From Harriotta raleighana (lineage: Eukaryota): a stretch of 64,000 nucleotides of DNA. The position numbers were made by a program, and so were the translations under genes. The stretch's first letter is position 1. Each line of letters begins with the position of its first letter. Below are positions 25,051 to 36,787 of this stretch, one piece after another. The stretch lies in NCBI GenBank assembly GCA_050575255.1, contig JBNZDD010013687.1, forward strand, positions 1,004,373 to 1,068,372. The letters are read 5' to 3'. The notes beneath the pieces were generated by a model, which saw only the letters and a program-made list of their open reading frames with translations, was not told where the DNA came from and made no database searches.

Positions 25051-27766
25051 TGAGGAGGCTTGATTCTTCATAACTTGACAAGAGAAAAATCTGGCTACTG
25101 AATTGTGAACCACAGTGAATTATAAAATGTTTTCAAACATTAACATTGGCCTGTATCCAGTTCTCCGAACACGTCTATTGTGACTTGTTTCACACCATGG
25201 CACTGGTAGCATTGTACTTCTGGATCTCTCCTGCTGTACTCAATATATTACCTTTTTATCTGTGTGAGCTGATGTTTTTGAATGACCCCCGTTGTCTAAA
25301 CAATTTAGATGGGAAGACAATTTGCAGTGGGCAATAGTGGCTTTTGTGGAGCCTGAGAGGGAGAATGGGGAGCGAGGGACGATGTGAGAGATGGGGAGGG
25401 AGTGGAGCCTGAACGAGAACTGGAGATTAAAGATGATTTTGGGTGGGAGACAAATACGGGTAATTAGCATAACCATTGAGGCCACTTTACAATACCAAAT
25501 TTTGGATCTTGCTGCTCAGTCCAGTTTTTGTAGCACTTTTGTAAAACTGCGGTATAAACACAGCACAGGTGCACTGAAAATATATTCCGCAAATACTGTG
25601 CTATCCTAAATAGGTTGCTGGATTGCTCATCTATTTGGAATCTTGCAAAAACAGACCAAGTGATGATTTTTTTAACCAGCTTGAAGGTTTTAGCTTGTCA
25701 AAGTCAAACAATATCCCAATCGTACATTCTGCAGTCCTTATGCCTTCGCTCCTGCCAACCTGTACCTAATACTTTCCAGGATTAGGGAAGCAGGGTGTAT
25801 GTCTCTGGGGAGAGAGTGAGCATTCCATTCCAAAATTCCTTTGCGTTGTGTAAATCTTAGTCTGGTTGGATACTCTTTAAGCATGAAGTGTCCAAAAAAC
25901 ACTCAGTGTGTGAGCAGAAAAACTCAATTCACCAATCAATTGTAAATTAGTGGAAAAGAGGTTTCTTTACAATTAAGGAGATTAAAGTATTAGAAGCCAA
26001 ACCACCTGCTGGAGAGCTGTAAATTTAAAGATTTTATCTTTATTCTATGATGGTGAACCCAAGATTAAAAATTAATCCTTAGTCTTGGGGAAAACATGGT
26101 CAGATTGATGCCTCACTTAAATGGCAGAGAAAGCAGATGCATACTTATGGTGTACTGCCAGGAACTAGACACACACCTGGTAATGATCACTTTGTCGAAG
26201 AAAAATTCACGCATACTCATCCTTTCACTATCAGGTAGCAGGCACTGTGCCCACCACTCTCAAATTCATCATCTGGTCAAATTGGACAAAATGTGAGTGG
26301 AAAGTATTTATGGCCCAATTTAGACCTCAATATCAGAATTCAAATTGAAAGTAGATTGCATTCATGCTGGCCATATAGTACAGATATGTTCCACAAATGA
26401 CTCTGATGAACTCATGCACAGTAGAAAGAATATTAAATGCTGCCAAAGAAAAAATACCTGGTGTAAATGGGAAAAATTGACATTTTTGTAAAATAGTAAA
26501 ACGTATGCAAAGAACAAAGCTATTTTTGTACTCTTGTTTTTAAAGTAGGAGAAACAGAAATCATGCTATTATTAAACAAACAGCAAATCGACTGTGACAA
26601 AAATCGAGAAAAAACTGTGTTCACTAGTTTCTCCAGTAATGATTGATTGAAACTGGATCCTTATTGATAGTGGTTCAAAATTGGTAGCAAAGATCAACAA
26701 ACTTTTTTAAATCACCGCTCATCAAATGCAGATCAGTATCCTAAACTCTGTGACTAATTGATTAGGAACATTTGAAGTTTTACTAAAATGCATGGAAGAT
26801 CAGAGCAATAGATAAAGAGACCTTAAATTAAACTGGATCATGTTAGAATCTGGTTGCTAAAAGGAGAGCATAAAGAGGGGAAAATCTGCAATGAAAATAA
26901 CAGACTAAAATGCTAAAAAGTCAATAATAAACATAAATAACACAGTGATCTTAAAATTATTTATTTTAATAATAAGCATTCACTTATTTAATAATAAGCA
27001 AGGTGGCTGATGAATGTAATAGCAAACACACCTCATACACTGAACACAACAATAAAGGCACTACAAGCATCAAACAACTAATCTATTATAGAACTTCAAT
27101 TACTATAGGCTTGAATTTAAATTGACCTTAGTCTTTAAGACGTAAAACTTTTGGAAAGTTTTTCAATTATTTTTTAATTGAAAAGCTTGTTTACAACAGT
27201 TCTTATGAAGAACTTCACTACTATAGTGAAATAAGCCAATCTGTGGTTTGTCAACAATATATCTTGAGGAACTTACTTATTTACAGCAACAAAAGTAATT
27301 GTTTGATGAGCCAGCATGCGTGGAGCTCATCACTATGCTTTTGAGTATCCAAACTAAATTAAGAATTCCACGCATCCCACCTACATTTGGAAATTCCAGA
27401 GATGTTTGTTGGGATTAAATGCCCACTCTCTCCCTGGAGGGAAGGGAATCCTGCATAACGCCATTACCACACTCACCGGCTGCAGTGCAGTACACATGTG
27501 CAGTGTTCTGTTTGAAGCAAGCGCGGGAAATAAAGTCTTGACCCATCACCGCATGCACACTTACCATCTGCAGTGATTAAGTACTGGATGCACAGTTCAC
27601 TATGGTGTACTTTGTTGAAAAAAGCACAGAAAACAAGATAGTGAGGAGCAGATTTTAACCAGGACAACAGGTAGTAAACACTGTGCTTTTTATTCAACAG
27701 CAAATATTAATTTATCACAATAATAATATTTATTTATGACCATCTGTTATTTTTTGTGATCTACAG

Positions 27767-27818
27767 CAAAACAAGAGCATATGGTAAAAGAAACAGGACT
27801 CCGGGATGCACAGAAAAG
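27767..27818 (+). CDS. FMN1: Formin-1 FH2-domain short exon
   Basis: tttttgtgatctacag|CA...AAAG|gtagtg; 52 nt, phase 1/2, exactly bridging the flanking exon phases. Encodes (A)KQEHMVKETGLRDAQK(S), matching the AK.EH......L..AQKS pattern of FMN1. Confidence 0.88.
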
Positions 27819-28857
27819 GTAGTGCTTACATTTCTAACGGTTACACTCCTTCGTGTGCATATCGATTTGTGTTCAGAGTATATTTTGCCTGATAAATGCA
27901 GGTGATAGTTCCTTTTGAAATGCTAAGAAATTTCAGATATGTCTGACATTTTAGAAGTTTGATAATTATACATTTATTGTTATAAAATCTGTTAATGAAT
28001 AATGCAAATGAAACCATGATCGTGCTTTTGGTTTCTGTTAGCTCACATCGTCAATGCACATAGAAGGGGAAGTCAAGTACACAACAGAATACTATACATT
28101 AAATTAATTTTGTTACTTACAGTCTTCTAACCAGTGATGCCCTAGCTCCTGAAACTCACTCCATGTAGTGCTGGGGGTATGTTGTATTGTCCTTTGGACA
28201 GGACGATAAATCATGGTCCCATTTACCCGTTCAGGAGGACAGTAAAGATCGCATGACCCAATTCCCCAAATAAAATTGCTCATTGACTCCATGACTGATG
28301 GTGGGACAGTGTTGTGTGCAACTGGCTGTCACATTTAACTCACAAAATACAGTCAAGACCCTTTACAGTATATCCTGTGAATCACATTGGGACATCTCAA
28401 GTGATAAGCTGCTATTTCAAATGGAAGGATTATTATGAAACGAGACTCAAACCTTCATTTAAAGAATAACTAATACAGATGCCAAAGGGATAGTGGGTAT
28501 CCTCCACATAGGAGTTGTGACCTCAGCTTGCTAATTTTAGGGAAGTCTACTGTCAACGCAGTAATTTCTAATGGGGTTAATTCACTAATGAAACACAAAG
28601 GTGCAGCCCACCAGCTTCCAGCTTCTCCACTCTGCTGTGATCTACTCTTGAAATGAAAATTTCTCAAGCATCTCTGCAATGTATGTCATCAGCTGTGCTG
28701 TGCACACACTATACTTATTAATACAAGTAGGCATCAGTTTAATGCATGCAGCAACTCATCAACAGACGCCACAGAGTTTCATTGCTCTGTTGCTCCAGTG
28801 AGCACTGTTATTTTCATGTGGACATATTTAGAATCAAAGAATAGCAATTATGTAAGT

Positions 28858-29080
28858 CTAGCTCAGTTGGTAGCACTCTCGCCTCTGGGTCAGAAGGTTA
28901 TGGGTTTAAGCCTCACACCAGGATTTGAGCTCATCATGCAGTTCTGATGCTTCGCTGCTGTACTGACCAAGTTATGTGCTGTGTGCTGTTCAAAGTAATG
29001 GTCATTTGGGTGAGATTTCAAACCAAAGTTCTATTTATCTGCTGGTTTGATTGGATGGGTATCAAAGATACTATGACCCA
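28858..29080 (+). mobile_element. Deu-type tRNA-derived SINE, 5' half
   Basis: TAGCTCAGTTGGTAGCACTCTCGCCTCTGGGTCAGAAGGTTATGGGTTTAAGCC (A/B boxes) followed by a degenerate Deu-like body. Confidence 0.7.
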
Positions 29081-29656
29081 ATGAATTCCTTTGATATTCT
29101 GATAAATTTCCTGGTCACTGCCTGCCACACTTCATGCCTCCCTGTTGCAGAATCAATGCCTCCCCCACCCCACCACCACACCCATACACACACCGCTCCC
29201 CCCTAAACCATTTCCTAGCACCACTTCAAGTCTATCTGCACCAGAAAACAATGATTTTAAGACATTGAACCTCAGCCATTAAGCCATTACATCCAAGAAT
29301 ACCATACCCCACACCTGGACACCGGACCTTTCACTTTTATAACTCTACAGTATGTTTTTGGTGCAAAAGTTGGCCTGTTCATTTTTATGTAAGGGAATAT
29401 TGAAAGAATAAGCATATTTTACTTCACCTTCTATTCAACAATATGATATGGCACTATATCAAATGCAATTGAGGTGACTGGCCCAAAGTTTTTTTTGTTT
29501 TGTTTTCGGCCCTTTGAGAGATTTTTTTCATTAATACGTATTTTCTGCTCTGGATCTTTAGATAAGTGTTCATTGTCCAGAAAAATAATTAGTTTACAAT
29601 TGAGGTCAGGGGGTTGGGGGAGGAATAGAATAAAACAACCAGGCGAAATTTGTAGC

Positions 29657-29828
29657 AAAAACAGAATTTGCTGGGTACACTCAGCAGGTCAGGCAGCACC
29701 AATAGAGAAAGGAAAGTGAGTTAACGTTTTAGGTTCACGACCTTTCATCAAAACACGTTCTGACCTGCTGATTGTTCCCAGCAATTTCTGTTTTTGTTTC
29801 AGACTTCCAGCATCTGCAGTATTTTGCA
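29657..29828. mobile_element. Inverted pair of Penelope-like terminal fragments
   Basis: Arms 29657-29692 and 29760-29795 are reverse complements at 33 of 36 positions. The loop carries a degenerate hammerhead core on the - strand (TTGATGA-aaggtcgtgaacct-AAAACGTTAACT). Confidence 0.75.
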
Positions 29829-29869
29829 TCCTGGAGAAATGTGTGTTCTTGCTTGTGAGTGTGCATACT

Positions 29870-29893
29870 TGTGTGTGTGTGTGTGTGTGTGTG
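29870..29893. repeat. (GT)n microsatellite
   Basis: About 12 consecutive TG units. Confidence 0.95.
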
Positions 29894-31057
29894 GTCATTG
29901 TATGAGAGGACGATTAGGCTGAGCTGTGATGCCTTCCTGGTCAAATAGCCTGCTGACATTTACCTTCTAGCTTCACACATGAAAAATAACACTGTTGTTA
30001 GTAAATGTGGAACTATTCACCAACAAGAGACTAGTACCTCGAGGAAAGAGGAAGTGAAGTAAAGGAAAATAATGTTGACCAAATATTTTGCAGCTCAAGT
30101 ACATTCCTTTGAGTTCAGATGACTCCCTCAGGCACATATGCTCAGTGGGGTGTTTAAATTCTTCTGTAGCAAGTACAAATTATTTTTCTAATTATAGGAT
30201 ATTCTGGGTTTTATTGATTAATAAGCCATAATAAGGTTTGCCAACAACATTCCTATTCTGTAAACTGGAAAAGAATAATTAAACACATTGGAAAGAGAGC
30301 AAAATACAGCATTAGAAAATAAAAGAAAGTTTTTTAGGCATAACCTGTTTGTAACAAACAAATGAATATTTCCCACTTATTGATGAAGTTATCAAACTTG
30401 GTTGTGTTGAGGACTTCAGTTATATTTCTGCAATGAGAATAAAACACGAAGACCTATTTTATCTTTCTTCAGGGAGAATGGTACAAATAATTCCCAGGGT
30501 TACTTATATTTCTTGAATTCTGCTTCAAGAATGGAATGGTTAATCAATCTGTTCATTTACGGTCAGAGTTTTCACAAGAAAATGGTAGGACAGCTTGGTT
30601 CTACATGGAGTTAGAGATAAAGGTTACAAGATTTCAAATCTCACCCTAGTATCAGAAATGTGCCAGGTGAAACTGTCAGCAAATCGCAAAGTTCATTAGA
30701 TATGAGGTGTGGAGAGGGGGATGGGACTTAGACCATGAAATCAGGCTGAAATGCAGCCTCTGACTGTTAGAGAGGACAATAGATGTTTTGCCAAATCTAG
30801 TTCAGAGATGGGGTGAATCATCAGAATGCTATAAAATTGATAGTGAAGGCATTGCTTGGATTCCCTGATAGTGGAACATCAAGAATGCTTTGAACAGTCA
30901 TCAAAGGAAGTTTACTGTCTTCCACAGAAGATTATGTGAAAATACGCTGGACAAAACCCTTTGGACAAAACCATGATTCAGCAGTGCCTTATTTAGGCCT
31001 CCGAGACTGGGTATTGCTTCACTGCTCCTAGAATACACATGTTTCTTCTAAGAAGTT

Positions 31058-32205
31058 AATCATAGAATCCTAGAATTTTATGGCACAAAAGGAGGCCATT
31101 TGGCCCATCTAATCTGTGACGACTCTTTGAAAAGAGCAACTCAATCCCATTGCCCAGCTTTCTCCCCATAACCTAACAGACCCGTTCTCCCTAAATAAAG
31201 ATCTAATTCTCTTTTAAAAGCTGTTATCGAATCGGCCTCCACCACCTTTTCAGGCAATGCATTCCAGATTCGAACAACCCACTGAGTGAAAACATTTCTC
31301 CTCAGCTCCCCTCTGCCTTGTTTTGAAACTATTTTAAATCTGTGACTTCGAGTCGCCTACCAGTGGAAACAGTTTTTCCTTATTCACCCTGTTGAATCCC
31401 CTCATGATTTTATAAACCTCTATTAGGTCTCCTCTCAACCTTCTCTGTTCCAAAGAGAATAAACCTAGCCTATCTAGCCTTTCCCCAGAACTGAAGTCCC
31501 TCAATCCTGATATCATTCTAATAAACCTTCTTTACACCCTTTCCAATGCCTTAACATCCTTTCTATAGTGTGGTGACCAGAATTGGACACAGTACTCCAG
31601 CTGAGGCCTTACCAAAGTTTTATAGAGGTTAGGCAGCACTTCCTGACTTTTGTACTCTATACCCCTATTTATAAAGCCATATGCCTTCTTAACGGCTTTG
31701 TCTACCTGTCCTGCCACCTTCATAGAGTTACTAACATAAATACCCAGGTCTCTCTGTTCCCTCACACCCCTTAAAATTGTACTGTCTAGTCTATATTGCC
31801 TCCCCTCATTTCTTCTCCCAAAATGTATCACCTCACACTTCTCTGCATTAAACGTCATCTGCCATGTGTCTGCCCACTTTACCATTTTATCTACATCTTC
31901 TTGCAGAAGGTTACTATCCTCCTCACCATTTACTATTCTCCCTAATTTAGTATCATCTGCAAGCTTGGAAATTGTGCTCCCTACACCCAAGTCTAGATCA
32001 TTAATATATATCAAAAGGATCAGTGATCCTAAACCGATCCCTGAGGAGTGCCACTGCACACTTCCCTCCAGTCTGAAAAACAGCCGCTCACCACAACCCT
32101 CTGCTTTCTGTCTCACAGCCAGTTGTAGATCCATGCTGCCACTGTCCCTTTAATGCCGTGGGCCTCTACTTTCCTAATAAGCCTCTCATGCAGCACTTTG
32201 TCAAA
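31058..32205 (-). mobile_element. 5'-truncated CR1 LINE with reverse transcriptase remnant
   Basis: ORFs 31532..32134 and 31334..31516 give LIYINDLD...SKLADDTKLG...LQED.D....WADTWQM.FNAEKCEVIHFG...YKTLVRPQLEYCVQFWSPHY...LERV...RRLRGDLIEVYKI. Frameshifted; CR1 terminal repeat at 31058; possible AAGTTA target duplication (31053-58, 32204-09). Confidence 0.95.
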
Positions 32206-33509
32206 GTTACACTAAAGTTACAATGAAGATCACAGTTATACTGTGTTCCTTCTCCAGATTACCTGAACTTGAGTGCAGGCTTTATTCAGTTCAGTGCCTG
32301 GCTGGTAGTCTTCTCCGAAGTTGTCCATTGTTTCAGGTGGAGTGATGAGTCGTGCTTCAGAGCTGCATGTTGCTGCTCCCTGATCAGAACATCTTCCACA
32401 ATTTTGCAATACAAAATCCTGAAAATGACAGAAATGAACAGCAGGTGAAGCAGCATTGAAAAGAGCAAAACTCTTCAACCTTGGTGAACTCTTTCATTTT
32501 CAGATGCTGATCTATTTGTTGTGCATTTACCATCAGCCACCATGTTTTTCTTTTTCTATCAAAAGACCTGTGTTGATGATGCACATTTTCCAACCATTAA
32601 TCGAACATCCCTCAATCATCAGCTCTGCTGATGTCAACTCTTGGTTAAGGCTATCAATGTCTGCTTGATAGCGCCATGTTATCCAAGCTGGGATTTGTAG
32701 TCTGCTAATTGGGATCCAGCCAAGTCTTTGAGCCAAACAAGCATTCAGCATCCATTGGATGTGATGGGTTGAGACAGATAATTACATGAAAATTCAATAT
32801 TATTATATGATTTATATCAGTTTATTAAGGCTTTTTTGTGTAATACTCCTGGTGACTAGTTGATATAACCAAGAATGGGACACTGTTGATTAACTGTTGT
32901 CTTCTAATTGGCTAGAATCCCTCTCTGCCTAATTTATTTTTATTTAATTTATAGATTGACACTGTCATCAGAGTGCAGAGTAAACTACACTATTTGGTAA
33001 AAACATTAGGCTGTCAGAGAAAATTTAAATACTACTACAGTATTTAGAATATTTGTCGAACTGTCTCAAGTTGTAAATATAACAAGTTCTCATATCCCTC
33101 ACATCTGATTGGAGGCTAACTGTGTTAGCTGTCTTCTTATTCTTATTTTTATATCTACAGTGATGTAATAGAGTCTTATTAGCTGGGGCAATCGAGTGCC
33201 TGGCTCCCAACTAAGAAGTTGTTGGTTTAATTTCCAGGACTAAATGTCACTTGGTGCAGCTCGACTTATTTGATTGCATTTGGTCAGTTTTTCATTAGGT
33301 CTGCTGTATACAAATACAAAATGACATTTGTATAGCACCTTTCACGTCACAAAGACGTCCCAAGGCGCTGGTCAGCTGCTAGATAGGCTAGATAGACCGA
33401 ACTGAAAACCATAGTGTCCCATTTAAAGCACAGAACAAATATATATCATCTTACAGAAGCCAATGATTTGTGCCTACTGTTTGTTTAACATGGATTGGTA
33501 ATGACGGCT

Positions 33510-33640
33510 TGTCCAAAGGTCAGCACCTTCAACAATACAGCTCTCCCCCAGCACAGCACTGGAGTATCAGACAAGACCGTGAGGTCAAATTTCCAAGATG
33601 GGCTTTGAATAGACAACCTTCTGATTCAGAGGCGAGAATT
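33510..33640 (-). mobile_element. Deu-type SINE remnant
   Basis: tccaaaggtcagcaccttcaacaatacagc...gcactggagtatcag...caaccttctgattcagaggcgaga, the reverse complement of the 28.86 kb head. Confidence 0.65.
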
Positions 33641-36500
33641 ATCAACAACTTCCCTGATTGTGCCAATTTTTATTTATAGCTACCGTCCCTCCTTGAGGGA
33701 TAACAGGAGCCATTAGCCTACCATTACCAGTAGCCAGGATAGGAAGGTATTTTACGGCAAGGTCTCTGTACATACAAGGTGTGAAATATTTCCCTGACCC
33801 TCCCAGCTCATATCCACTTGTCATACAGAGGATAGCCATGGGAACAACAATTAAAATAAATTTTAATAGTTAGTCATGTTGGGCATTAGAAAAGTAAAGC
33901 ATTGCCTATTTTATAGTGCATTTTTTGCACTTTGCATGCAGCTTCTTGCAAAAAAAAATCTGCGTGACATCTAACCTAATTGTGTTTTATAACAGTATAC
34001 CCTTTCTATAATATTGTGGTTTATGGGACCCCTACAAATGTATGTAGTGGCAAAGAGGTTGTTATACAGCGGGTGATTTATAGGGTTTTTCAATTAATGA
34101 GGGAGCCATAAACAGTGAACGTAATATCAAAGGTTGTGGTATATCAGAGCGTGTTACTTAACTGTATTTTACACAGCTGAACAGTCAGTCTCAACCTTGA
34201 CCAAATATTCTTTGATCCAGTTTGCTCCATGCACATACCTTCCGAATAGGTATCCAAATCTAAATGACCTTTTTCTGCTAACATGCACTTGCAATTTGTT
34301 ATTTTTTCAGTGGCTCCTAAATATATCAGAATTTTATGGGTCATTACATTTTCCCCATTTATGATGTTCACCTCTGTATGACATGCAGGTGTACGTTAGT
34401 TATACAACAAAATGAACTTGGGGTTATTGAGAACATAAATTTCCATTGTGAGAATTTGAGTGTTATTAGTTTAAAGGTATTTTCGTAGCTTTCATGTCAT
34501 ACATGAAAAATGCTGGGTCACATCTTGAAACAGCAAAGCTCAAATTTATTTCATTGCTGGGCTTCAAAAAGATCAAAGATCCTTCTTGTGGTCTATTTTA
34601 AGGACAAATCAAGCTCCCAAGTAGTTCAGGTATCAGAAAAATGCTCCAGATTGTGAACTGCTCATTAATAAAAGATGCTGCATTGTAAAGTATTTAAAGC
34701 CAGAAGAAGAAAATTGGCACTTGCAAGATTCAATGGATTTCACAGCAAGGTAAAAGGATTTGGAAGTTTATACTGTGTAGATTTAATAAAGGGAGGAAAA
34801 AAAATCTTTAAACGCAAGCAAAATTAAAGAGTGAAAAGAGCAAAAGACCTAATGTACTTCCTGCAAACAGTGAGCATATCATAAACCACTGTTAACTCTG
34901 TACATCATTCAAATCTGTCTTGTTGCATAACGTTTCTCGTGAAAATATCAAGAAGCATAATGGCTTGTCGTTTATTAATACAATAATTTTGCTTCAGTTA
35001 AAGGAGTACAAGTTCAGTTTTTATTTTTACATCTGGGGTGTTGATTAATACATATAAAGTGAAAGTAGACATGTAAGTTTGTAACAGTATTACTATGGTC
35101 AATGGAAATTTACCAAATGTAGAGGAGTACTGAAGAGAGTAAAGCTGAGTTCACAATAAGCTTATAAATGTGTTAACTGGAGCTTAAGGAACAAAACAAC
35201 CTGTAAAATAAAAGTAAAACTGCAGTCCAGTAACTTTTGTAAGATCTGTGTTCAACTTGATTGGACTTTTTGAAATTCGTTTGGAGCAAAATCTCTCAGA
35301 TATTCTGTCTCCTGTACTCACTTTATCAGATCTGCATGGAAATTAGGAGCCTTTCGAGCCTTATTCTGCCAGTTAATTAGATCCGTGCAGATAGTTTAAT
35401 ATCATTTCCCTGCCTATTCTCTGTTTGGCTATCACTTTAATTAATTTTTATCAAAGTTTACACATCTATGCAAGGAGATTGTCTATACTTGGCAATATTT
35501 CAATTCATTCCAGTCTATCCTTCACTAAAGTAACTGCAAGGAAAGTTTTAAACCAGAGGACTTTTTTTCTAAAAGTTTATTTTAAATGCATTTGCAAACT
35601 ATTTAAAACTATTAAATGCTACGGAATATGTTGAACAAAATCACCCCACATTAAACCCCAAACAATTTCTCAAGTGAAATCATAAAGCACAGAGTTATAT
35701 ATCTTAAACATTAAATATGTTTTTCTTTAAAAGATCTCTTTAGTTTGTTAAGTGCTATTGAAAAAATATGGTGTTATGCAACTCTGAATCTCAGGTGCCA
35801 AGAATCAATTGTTTGCAATTTTGGTCAAACTGTAAAGTATATTTGTAATGTCAGTCCATGGCTCAAATCCACTTTGCCACAAACATTCAGCTGGCCTCCA
35901 AAAGGACTTCAAAATTTGAAAAAAAAAGTCAATCTGACAGTTTCTATCAGCCCCGTTTGGCTGCTTTCTCCTCAACTGGTTTTAGTAGTTTGACTCATAA
36001 TCCACAACACCTAAACTGTATTGTCTAAGAATAGCCACATAAAGTTAACTGGTTAAACTTTACTGTATATTTCCTATTTTGTAGATGCACTTTCTCCAGT
36101 TTGAACATATTACCATGCTTGTTTTTTGATTATCTGGCGTATTACCTGTTGTATCTCTAAAGCAACACTAGGAGTTGAAGCAGCAAGTCAAATCTTTTTT
36201 TTAAATTGTAATTATATCATAAGGGATATTTTGGAACAGCCACTTCATTGTCCTCTTTGACTCTTATATTAATCGTTCGCTATTTGGGACTTCAAATGTA
36301 TTCTTATGTTCCTTTGTGAGGAATAAAAAGATGCTTGGAAGCATATAACTCGAGTACACCTCATTAAAATTCTTGTGTTGTCCTGCCAATATTTGGGCAA
36401 ATTTATGCCACTGTTGGAACACGTTCACAGCAATCAGGTTGTCTCAAATTTGGACTTTTTTTGATTTCTCACTCAATGGTGTAAGAGTACCCTGCAATTG

Positions 36501-36787
36501 TGGTTCAGCAGCTCAGTGGTTAGAGCACTCGTCTTACAAGCAAGAGACCTGGGTTCAATTCACGGCAGGGCGAAACCTTTGGTGAGTTTCCTTACTCCAC
36601 ATCGCTAATAAGCATCCCTCAAAAAAAAATGGTCATTTCAAACCACAACTGTTTGTAGGAGATATCTGTGTGTGAATGGTGTGCCACGTTTTGCCCACAA
36701 ATGTACAGTCAATTCACTTTTACAGTATATTCTGTGATGTCTAGAAGACGTGAAAAGCACCATATCAAATGCAAGGATTATTATTAT
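36501..36787 (+). mobile_element. tRNA-derived SINE, short form
   Basis: AGCTCAGTGGTTAGAGCACTCG...GGGTTCAATTC (A/B boxes), body shared with other copies, and an atcaaatgcaaggattattatta tail. Confidence 0.88.

Noticed and set aside
27471-27567. Two perfect antisense splice donors (G|GTGAGT, G|GTAAGT) about 90 bp apart
   Set aside because: Several such 7-mers are expected by chance in 64 kb, and I could not assemble a convincing exon chain.
31532-32134. 200-aa reverse transcriptase ORF as a host gene or active element
   Set aside because: It is 5'-truncated, frameshifted and ends in a CR1 terminal repeat, so it is a dead retrotransposon copy.
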